From Octopus vulgaris (Eukaryota): DNA of 64,000 nucleotides. Shown in pieces: positions 53,769 through 64,000 of this stretch. The notes under the pieces were generated by a model. It had not been told where the DNA came from. It ran no database searches and saw nothing but the letters and a program-made list of their open reading frames with translations. Each line of letters begins with the position of its first letter. Position 1 is the first letter of the stretch. The position numbers and the translations under genes are program-made. The stretch lies in NCBI GenBank assembly GCA_951406725.2, contig OX597817.1, positions 171,368,001 through 171,432,000 on the forward strand, read 5' to 3'.

Positions 53769-54080
53769 GTATGTCTGTATGTGATAGTGTGTATATATAT
53801 TGGTTTAAAAGTTTTGAACACACAAGGCCAGCAAGTTTGGGGCAGGGGGGTTAAGTCGATTACATTGACCCCAGGGCTCAACTGCTACTTATGTTATCAA
53901 CCCTGAAAGGATCAAAGTCAAAATCAACCTCAGCAGAATTTGGACTCAGAATGCAACAAAAATGGTCAAAATACCATTTAAGCATTTTGCCTACCTTTCT
54001 TGCATGGTCTTCATCCGACCCATGCAAGCATGGAAAGGTAGACGTTAAAATGATGATGATGATGGTGACACGTAAATGAT

Positions 54081-54322
54081 GGTGACACGTAAAAGCACCA
54101 TCCGTTCATGGCCGTTTGCCAGCCTCGTCTGGCACCTGTGCGGGTGGCACGTAAAAAGCACCCACTACACTCTCGGAGTGGTTGGCGTTAGGAAGGGCAT
54201 CCAGCCGTAGAAACACTGCCAGATCTGACTGGGCCTGACGAAGCCTCCCAGCTTCACAGACCCCAGTTGAACCGTCCAACCCCTGCTAGCATGGAAAGCA
54301 GACGCTAAATGATGATGATGAT
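54081..54322 (+). mobile_element. SINE-like family D
   Basis: Cassettes, core, (gat)n tail. Confidence 0.8.
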
Positions 54323-54770
54323 ATTAAATTTGGAGAAAGCCGTTCTGCCAATAAGCATATTCTGACAGACGATGTGGTTTCTATTATGCTGAGCTACCAA
54401 TGAGATGGTTATTTGTGAATGAAGCCAAAAGTAACCAAACAAACCGGTTTAAACTAGGAAAATGAAAGTGAAACTGAAGCATTAATGGAATGAGAATGAC
54501 AAACAATGATACGATGAGGCGGATAATAATGGAGTGCATTTGTACATACACACGTGTGTGTGTGTGTGGGTGTGTGTGCACACACATGATTGTATGTACA
54601 TATATACATGAGTGTGTGTATGTTTGTATACAAACACACACACACACATATGTATGTATATGTGCATACATGCAAGCATGCGCACACACACACATATATA
54701 GTACAAATGTACACTTAAAGAAATATATATATATATATATAGGTATGTATGTATGTATGCTTGTATGTGC

Positions 54771-54811
<41 letters not shown>

Positions 54812-55436
54812 CGTGTGTGTGTGTGTCTATGTGTGTGTGTGTGTACTATGTATGTTCTTTTTTTCTTTTAATGGTTTCAATATTTGGACAGCAGCCATGC
54901 TGGGGTCTCTGTTTTCAATTTTATTGATCCCAGTACTTCTTAGACGTGTACATATAATATTTTATTGATATTTATTCATCAAATGGTTCAGTGTGCCTTT
55001 GATATAAAGGGAAATAACTGAAGATAAATAGTTGAAAATATGCAAATATATATATATATACGTTTAAATATTTGTTGTGCAAAATAACACCAAATATATA
55101 GTGCGTGTGTTTTTATTGGCTAAACTGGCAATATGACCATTCCGAAATATATATATATATATATATATATATAACCGTTGCTGTTATGTAAGAGTCACAA
55201 ATCCGAAATGTTGCTTTTTCAGAAATTGAAAAAATAGTTTTACCATTTCAAAACAAAACTGTTGTCCTGCACTTAGACAATTTTCGATATCTTGGCATCT
55301 GAAGCAGCTTGAGATTCAACAGCTTGACCAAAAGAACTGGCCATTGCAAGCAAAAGTAAATACTGACAAACCGCATTTAACCAAATTTGGACATACGACA
55401 ATTTAATATAATAGCAAAGATATATATATATATATA

Positions 55437-56145
<709 letters not shown>

Positions 56146-56179
56146 GTATATATATATAAGTATAATTAAAAGTATTTAA

Positions 56180-56303
56180 ATATCCCTGAAAGTTTCATCT
56201 GAATCCATCCAGCAGTTCTTGAGATATCTTGTCTACAGACAAACAAACAAAGAAACACGACTGATAAATAATACCTCTGCCTTCAATAAGGTGGATGTAA
56301 TAA
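56180..56303. mobile_element. Helentron/DINE-1-like (HINE) terminal fragment
   Basis: aagtttcatctgaatccatcc...acagacaaacaaacaaa...aatacctctgccttcaataaggtggatgtaataa subterminal hairpin. Confidence 0.5.
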
Positions 56304-56858
56304 TACTCACAACACTGATAGTAAGAATCAATGACATATTGCAGTATAAAGTTTTCATTACCTCTATAGTTAAACATGTGAATTGGTAGATGCCAAGCAT
56401 TTTGATAACTTATTTTAAGTTTAATTCCTTCACACCTAAGGCTTATAGTCAAATTTAAACATTCCTATTTACCTTTCCTATCTCAAGCCTTCACTTCTAA
56501 TCCCCATACCTTCACCTTTCACCTACTCACACTCATCTCATTTTATCTTCCTTAACTCCTATCCCCAATCACTTTATTTTTCTTTGGCATATCTTTGTCC
56601 CTCTCTTGTCACCTATATAGGCCACAGAATTACCCAAAACTTGTAACTATATCTAAGCATTATCTAAGCCTAATTAGATTACCTATTACCAATGAAGAAA
56701 ATCAAATACTACCAATGTAAGTGATCCTCACAAATTATGAACACAGAAACACTTTCCACTTTACAAGAACGTAGGACAACCCAGAACGACAAGATTAAGA
56801 TATAAGAAATTCACAATTGAGCATAACAAATGTGTTTTTCCATCAGTCAGCTTATATA

Positions 56859-57183
56859 TGCCAGTGATGGTGGCACATAAAAAGCACCATTCAAGCATGG
56901 TCAGTGCCAGTGCCGCTTGACTGGCTCCTAGGCTGGTGACATGTAAAAAGCACCATTCAAGCATGGTCAATGCCAGTGCCGCCTGACTGGCTCCTAGGCT
57001 GGTGACATGTAAAAAGCACCATTTGAGTATGGTCAATACTAGTGCTGCTTGGCTGGAAAGTGGCACATAAAAAGCATCCACTACACTCTTGGAGTGGTAG
57101 GCATTAGCTGTAGAAACCTTGCCAGATCATATTGGGGCCTGGTGCAAACTCCTGGCATGTCAGTCCTCAGTCAAACCGTCAAC
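56859..57183 (+). mobile_element. SINE-like family D with expanded 66-bp cassette array
   Basis: aaagcacc anchor at 56881, 56947 and 57013, with variant aaagcatc at 57071. Confidence 0.78.
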
Positions 57184-57346
57184 AAACCAGAGACTCTGGT
57201 GCAACTGAAGGGGAACATCAATAGAGAAATCAGAGAAGTGGGATTCTGAAACTCTTGAGGGTATTAGGGTGCAAGTTTATTTGTAAAGTTAAAGAAGTTA
57301 TTAAAAATTGAAACCATCAGTGACTTTTGGGACACCTTGTATCTAT

Positions 57347-57378
<32 letters not shown>

Positions 57379-57698
57379 CTGCCCTCTGTGTCTCCCTCTG
57401 CCCGCTGCTGACACGTGTCCTATGGTCAGCTCTTTCTTCATTTTCACTTTCTTTTTTACACCTGTTTTTGAGGTGACTGATCGTAAATTCCCTAGTCTCC
57501 ACTTCAGCCTGTCTTGCTGTTTCCAATCCTTGAGGATTTCCCTCTAAGCATTTCACATGCTTCGTCTTCGTCTGGCTTTAATGCTGCATTCTTTTTGTTT
57601 TTTCCTTTATTTCGTTTTTGTCCCTTGTCTGTCCACTAGTGGTCTCGTCTTGAATGACATTTATTCAGTTTCATACATCCATTTCTGTATCACTTGTT

Positions 57699-58018
57699 AT
57701 AATAATAATAATAATAATAATAATTGTGTACAGTGCTCAGGTGCACTACAACTCATCTAAAGTGTATATATAATCAGGTGTAGTTTCGGCGGATTTCGGA
57801 AAGCATGAGGGCCTTAAAGGATGCAGTGTCATGGCAGTCAACAACTGACGCAGGCAGTTTGTTCCATGCTTCAGCAACTCTGAGCGTGAAAAAATGTTTC
57901 CGAAAGTCATGGGAGCTGTGTTGTTTTCTGACTTTGTAGGCATGTCCACGTGTGTTAGACACATGGAGATCAAAAAGGTGTTCAGTGTTGTTGTTGGTGA
58001 GGTGGTTGATAACTTTGT
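57699..58018 (-). mobile_element. 5'-truncated CR1-like LINE, near-identical to the 49766 copy
   Basis: Same 3' sequence and (ATT)n tail. Confidence 0.9.
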
Positions 58019-58270
58019 TATCTATGTATTGTTTGTTCTTGGTCCATATTCCCTGCAACTTGCATATAGCTGGGAATCAATATTATCGTTAAAGGCACGA
58101 AATTGCATCAAACCCTCTGGTTGATAACTGATGAGGAATTGGGGACATTCTGTGTGTGTTTTCCGTTTGTCTGCGCATTTAATATATTTTTTAACTTGCT
58201 ATTCTGTGTCTTTTTTTGTGCATTTACTACACATTTTTTACTCATATATATATATGTGTGTGTGTATATA

Positions 58271-58319
<49 letters not shown>

Positions 58320-59775
58320 ATATATATATATATATACATATGAGTCTGAGCTTGTGTATCTTACTTAAAGCAAATACATCACTGAAGGCCTAATCAACTG
58401 AGGTGTTTATCTTGGGATACCATCTTTTATAGACACATAGCATTAAAAAAGAGCATACAAATATTTCAGTAGTGGACGAAAATAAATCGTCCAGCAGTGG
58501 TGGGGGCACTGCCTGCCTCTTTGACCTTCGTCAGTAGTAAGTATCCACTGCCAGTCGCAGGCTAAAACAAAACGGCTGTTACTGATACAGCAATTCGTAA
58601 TTAGCTGGCAGGCAGAATTATAATTTGCTATCTGTGAAAGAAGCAGTATTAGTTTAAAATAGGAATTTGTGTATCATACTTAAAGTAGATGCATCATTGA
58701 AAGCCTAATTCAGTATTCATCTTGATATAACATCTCTTGTTGGCGAATACTGTTAAGAGACCGAGAAATATAACATTAGTAAATGAAATCATCCAGTAGT
58801 GGTAATATTAGTGTTAAATGTGTATTTCTGTGTCGTTGGACTTCATCAGTGGAAGTCACGTTTGGGCAATAGGGTGGCATTCCTAATTGCCCCCCACCTC
58901 ATTCTATCAGGTGGGCGATTTTCGTTTACTATTAACATATTTCTGTGTTTTTCGCTTCAGTGTTTTTGGCACTACATGAAGTGGGGTTCTATTTTATGTT
59001 TTTGTGATGTCAGTTGTCAGGTGTTTAGCATGTATGGTGGTGTTTAATTTGCATATGCTCTTTTTCTGTCTACAAGAACATTCATGTTAAATAGTTAAAT
59101 AATAATTTAAGAAATTTATATAGATATTCAAGGTATTTGGGAAAGAATTGGTACTGTCTTGAAATCTTAACGTTTTGTTTTTTAAGCCGGATTAATAAAA
59201 TAAGATTAATAAAAGTGTCTATACTCTTTCATTTGGGCAGGTATCACTTTATCATTTCAAGTCTGCACTCTTGTGCAGATTCCATTGAATGTAATTATCT
59301 CTGTATAACATTTTCCAAAGCATTCTCTTGATTACGCTTTCCTTTTCTTTTCTTCAGATAAGATATATGGTATAGAGCAATGGTTCCCAAAGTGTGCATT
59401 GGAAACATCCAGGAGGGCATTAAGAAAAATTGGGGTGGTAGGTAGCAATGCTATCCCCCTCTATTTTTCAGTGGTACACTCAAGTTTAGAAAAAAGTGCT
59501 TAAATATCGACCTGAGAAGGGAACAAAAATAAAGAAAATATAAAACTCCAAAAGTTTTATAAATGAAGCTGGTCTTAAATTTCTCCTGAGAATTCCCTTG
59601 AAAGACGAAAACATATGATACTGAACAAAAACGTTGGTTTCAAATGCCAGCTAACCACAACGTTCTTATGTTGTACCCGAGCTAACAATAAGTTGTTAGG
59701 CTCTGGGAACTTTTCTCACTGGGTAAATCCAAGTGTCCTGTTCAGGACTCTATATTTTCCGTGGAGTAAGCAATA

Positions 59776-60037
59776 ATATTAATAATGATAAAGAGAAAGG
59801 ATGTTTTTCCATCCATAATTTTACAGTTATTTACAGCATCTGTATGGGACCTACACTTGTTTCAATCGCAGCAACCTAGCATCGTGGTCGATGCAGTTTC
59901 ATCAGGGTCCTTACCCTCTGTCATTTTGAAGTAAAACGCTGCAACTGAAACACATGTAGGTCCCGAAAAATGCTGTAAATAACTTAAATAAAATTATGGA
60001 TGTGGAAAATCTCCATTCTCCTTTTCAGTATTAATAC
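59776..60037. mobile_element. Fold-back Penelope-like pLTR element (imperfect ~95-bp inverted arms)
   Basis: catccataattttacagttatttacagcat..gggacctaca..tgtttca is mirrored on the right arm. Confidence 0.75.
59847..59910 (-). ncRNA. Type-I hammerhead ribozyme motif, intact core
   Basis: ggacc-ctgatga-aactgca...tgcgatt-gaaac-aagt-gta-ggtcc. 5-bp stem I, GUA site. Confidence 0.78.
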
Positions 60038-60858
60038 TACACACACACTCACTCACACAACAAACTAATGGGTTAATTCAGTTAAGTTTTATTTGTGAAA
60101 TGTTGTGTTTTGAATTTGCAATAAAAAGAAATCTATGTTTGTGGTGGAAGGCGATAGTAGTGTGATGTGGGCGCTAAAAGGGTGGCAGTCCGAAAACGTT
60201 TGCAGATCTCTGGTACAGAGCTGCCTCATTGGTATTTGAATATTTTTCAAGGAATACAGGATAGATTAAAGATCTAAATGCCTTCTAACAACAAAGATCA
60301 TTTCCAATGAAGCAGAACATAATTCTAGCCGTTACGAAACTGCTGATTATGTCTAGCTGAGAAATACCACATTTGGAAGCATTCACTGAAGTCTCCCTCC
60401 TCCAGAGGCTCGAAATATTGTCTGTCTTCATCAGAGGAGCTTTTTCTAGACAATTTCCAAATGTGTGATTGCCTTAAGCCAAATGACACAAATTTATACA
60501 TTTCATTTGCAGTGATATACTTGGAGTAGACTCCCTTCCGTTTGTGACCATAAACTTGAACTGGATAACCTCCCTTACATCCTCATAGCCTGGTCATTTT
60601 TTACCTTCAACATTTCCGACTTTAAGAATGGGTTAAACTCGTGCTCTGCAGAAATATTACAACCATTATCATTCAAAAAACATTGTTAGATAGAGTAGAC
60701 AAAAAATTCACATGTAAAGAGTGAATCACCGAGTATTAACCTATAAACATAAATTCTTCTTTGTGCTGAGTTTTCCTTAGTTTGCGCATACAAAGACCCC
60801 TTCACAAGTACGGTTTGGAATCAGCTACAAGTCAATGCATTTCACTTTATTTTCATAT

Positions 60859-61131
<273 letters not shown>

Positions 61132-61190
61132 ATATATGTATATATATATGAATGTGTGAATATGTGCGTGCGTGCGTGGAGAGATAATGA

Positions 61191-61224
<34 letters not shown>

Positions 61225-61469
61225 AGTTGACATACATCGACATTTAGCTAATCCCATTCTGATAGGAAGGTGGTTACCTTTTTTTACGTACATACCCAAC
61301 AGATACTCTCAAGCAACAGACAAAGAAATGTGTTTTTATGTTTTTTAATGAATCCCCAAGTTTCTGCTTCACTGAAGTAAATTTCTATAAAGACGAGTTA
61401 TATTAAATGTCTCTCGAGTTCGAGGTGTAAGCGATCACCTTCTGTTTAATCTCCCTCTCTTTTTTTCAT

Positions 61470-61873
61470 CTGAAACGTGATTGGTGGTTGGCAAAACGAT
61501 TGTGAATGAATACATGAATTAGTATACAAATATAAAGAAAATACTTTTATAAAAATAGCATATTGCTATTGAAATTAGGCGTAAATAGAAATTTAGTAAT
61601 TCACATCACGTGTGAATTGTGTGCTAAATAAACTCTAGGCCGGCGAGCAAGATTTTTAACAACGATGCTTTTGAAAGTAAACTTTCAATTGGAAAGATTA
61701 TGACTTTTTAACAAAAAAAAAGCGGGGTGCAAAAGGGGGAGGTTAAGATAAGATAAACGTGAGTGGCAGTTGAAGGTAATTAGATGAAAATACATAAAGA
61801 AACACATATGTGTTTGCCCAGTCCCCAAATCTAGGTCGTTTTTGCTCCGATAGACGAAGTTTTGTTAGAAATC
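61470..61873 (+). promoter_or_regulatory. Possible proximal promoter / 5' UTR of the Ldh_2 gene
   Basis: Repeat-free DNA upstream of the ATG, with reverse CCAAT (attgg), tataaaa near 61548 and E-box cacgtg near 61607. Motifs only. Confidence 0.3.
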
Positions 61874-62042
61874 ATGGCTGCAGCAGCTAAATTCGTGGTA
61901 GTCAGCACCGAGGAATTGTTTTCGTTTGTTGTGCGATGTATTGAGAAAGCTGGAGGGAAAGTTTCACATGCTGAAGCATTAGCAGAATTATTAGTTGCTG
62001 CAGACAAACGTGGACATTTTAGTCATGGGCTGAACAGACTTG
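61874..62042 (+). CDS. First coding exon of Ldh_2-family oxidoreductase (malate/L-sulfolactate/L-lactate dehydrogenase-like, YjmC/ComC type)
   Basis: MAAAAKFVVVSTEELFSFVVRCIEKAGGKVSHAEALAELLVAADKRGHFSHGLNRL carries the family motif A..LV.AD.RG..SHG..RL. Good start context atcATGG. Phase-1 donor G|gtgagt at 62043. Downstream exons not seen in the window. Confidence 0.9.
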
Positions 62043-62278
62043 GTGAGTTTATTTCTTGGTGTCTTCTTTTCTTCTTTTATAATTTCATTTCTAGTTCGTC
62101 CACGATTATTGTTAAACGAATCACACCAATCGGTAATTGTTACGATCGAGAGGCATTCCTATACAATAGAGTCGGAAATTACCTACTGCGTAAAATACTG
62201 TAGTTTCTTCGAATGCATATCTTGAAAATCTTTTCAGATGTTATAGACATATGAAACTATGATTCTTTAAAAATATGC

Positions 62279-62535
62279 GGTACTATTTAAGAAGAGTGGT
62301 CCCGGTGCGCGCACTCGCGCATCCGCACTAGCTAGTCGTGACTAGTCGATCCTAAAACGATTACCTAGCAAAGTAAATAAAACACAAAATAAATAATTTT
62401 TTTACACAAAGTAAATAAATATTTTAAAACAAAGTAAATAAAACACAAAGTAAGGATCAACTAGTCACGACTAGCTGGCGCAGACGCGCGATTACGCGAG
62501 TGCGCGCACTGGGACCACTCTTTTTAAATAGTACC
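62279..62535. mobile_element. CpG-rich fold-back MULE-type MITE in intron 1
   Basis: ~75-80-bp TIRs ggtactatttaa.aagagtggtccc.gtgcgcgcactcgcg... TSD aaaatatgc / aaattatgc (9 bp, 1 mismatch). Confidence 0.85.
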
Positions 62536-62939
62536 AAATTATGCGTAGCATAAATCTACTGAAAACCTGCAAAAGGATGGAGCAGTCCACGCTTTACCTT
62601 TTTTTATGGTAGATTTGTGGTGTACGAATATGAAATTACTATTTTTGATGCCCGCGATCATTGTTGACTTTAATCCTGTCGAAACGAAGTCGCTTCTACG
62701 GAGTTGTTCAGCGATCGAATCACGCACAACTCACCGTCGTAAATACGCACAGGACAGATTACATAATGCAGTTCTACATATCCCTCAATAAAAGAAATGG
62801 TCACTACTGGAACATCTATAGTAGTAGGACTGCTCGCTGTCATATTGTTGTATGTATTATGAATGTAATTGCTTCATGTTATGATATTATACACTCACAA
62901 ACTTGGTACTGATTAAGAATTTTGTACGAATAGCTACCG

Positions 62940-63301
62940 TAAGCATAAGGGCTGAAATTTAGTGCGGAGGAGACAAGTCGATCACTACTACTAAATTTAT
63001 CGACTCCGAAAAGATGAAAGGCAAAAGTCGACCTCGGCGGAATTTGAACTCACAACGTAACGACGGGCGAAGTACCAGTAAGCATTTCGGCCGGCGTGCT
63101 AGCGATTCTGCCAGCTTGCCGCCCTACAAAGTGAACGCATAATATAATACCTATTTCTTTATTACCCACAAGGGGCTGAACATAGAGGGGACAAACATGG
63201 ACAGACATAGGTATTAAGTCGATTATATCGACCCCAGTGCTTAACTGGTACTTAATTTATCGACCCCGAAAGGATGAAAGGCAAAGTCGACCTCGGCGGA
63301 A
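62940..63301 (-). mobile_element. Two SINE family B copies
   Basis: Cores at about 62990-63123 and 63147-63301. Confidence 0.85.
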
Positions 63302-63903
63302 TATGCGCCTCGATTTTGAAGCCAAATTGTCTGAGTAGATGGGGAAAATAACTTATGTCATACCATGTATTATGTCACAATTTTAATCTTGATAGTGGCG
63401 AAAGAAGGACGTGTTCTTTGTGGGAGTTTTACGGTATATCTTGCATGACATGCAACCTGGGGAATTTTGTGGAAAGGGAAACGAGTGAGTGAATGGACAT
63501 TTAAATTCGTTGCAAGGACAGCAACGTGGATACCAAGGGAAATTACTCTACAGCTCTCTCTCTCTCTCCTCTCCTCTCTCTCTCCTCTCTCTCTCTCTTC
63601 TCTCCTCTCTCTCTCTCTCCAGGATATGTCTTTGGAAGTGTTTGTTGCGTAAAGTTGCCCAGAGTTACCTGACTTGAAAAGTATTTCAAACGACGAGCCA
63701 CAGAGGGAGCATCTGTGTAGCCGTATTATTTACAACACTCCCCTCTCCACCCCAACTTTCAGATTAAAGCCAACTGTAGGAAAACTCGGTTAACGAATTC
63801 GCTAAACAGTCTGAGACTCAACAACAACGTTAAACAGATGCCACATTATATTTTTAATTGCGACATTCAGTGACTCCAAATCGACCATATATTTATATAA
63901 AGA

Positions 63904-64000
63904 CTAGCAGTATCGCCCGGCGTTGCTCGGGTTTGTAAGGGAAATAACTATATAAGCATTTTTAGAGACTTACTTCCCTTACAGATGCTAATTCGGGCTT
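63904..64000 (-). mobile_element. Helitron family 1, 3' end (runs off window)
   Basis: ctagcagtatcgcccggcgttgctcggg, identical to the 15590 unit. Confidence 0.88.

Larger units (their letters stand above)
59378..60212. mobile_element. Old hAT (Charlie-like) element with nested fold-back insertion
   Basis: Ends caatggttcccaaagt ... cgtttgcagatctctg. 8-bp TSD gtatagag / gtacagag (1 mismatch). Confidence 0.6.

Noticed and set aside
56859-57080. CRISPR-like spacing of a ~20-nt repeat with ~45-nt intervals
   Set aside because: The intervals are homologous to each other, the array belongs to a dispersed retroposon, the DNA is eukaryotic and there are no cas genes.
60380-60445. Minus-strand ctgatga near 60428
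   Set aside because: No GAAA core. The region looks more like a highly decayed LINE RT end, too weak to call.
63622-63672. Possible exon 2 of the Ldh_2 gene after (CT)n-CAG
   Set aside because: In the required phase it reads GYVFGSVCCVKLPRVT then stop, with no match to the expected family continuation.

Overview
AT-rich eukaryotic DNA packed with microsatellites. It looks cephalopod (Octopus-like), inferred from the repeat families alone. Almost all long ORFs in the supplied track are artefacts of (TA)n/(CA)n/(CT)n/(TATG)n/(CAT)n tracts. The only host coding sequence I can support is the first coding exon (61874-62042, +) of an Ldh_2-family (malate/L-sulfolactate dehydrogenase, YjmC/ComC-like) oxidoreductase. 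The rest is transposon debris: four SINE families, CR1 and RTE LINE fragments, two mariner and two DD37D/maT elements, hAT/MULE/Tigger MITEs, non-autonomous Helitrons (two dimeric) and a RepHel fragment. The main signal from reading the sequence is a dense set of minimal type-I hammerhead ribozyme (HHR) motifs in short non-coding elements, most of them next to (TA)n tracts. These include a 560-bp unit with a perfect 111-bp terminal redundancy and an intact HHR (27789-28459, retrozyme/circular-RNA-like), fused to a perfect 70-bp palindrome carrying an HHR on each strand (27569-27716). Further fold-back elements and decayed Penelope-like (RT/GIY-YIG) coding remnants, which could be the mobilising partners, are also present. 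All calls were made by eye, without database searches.
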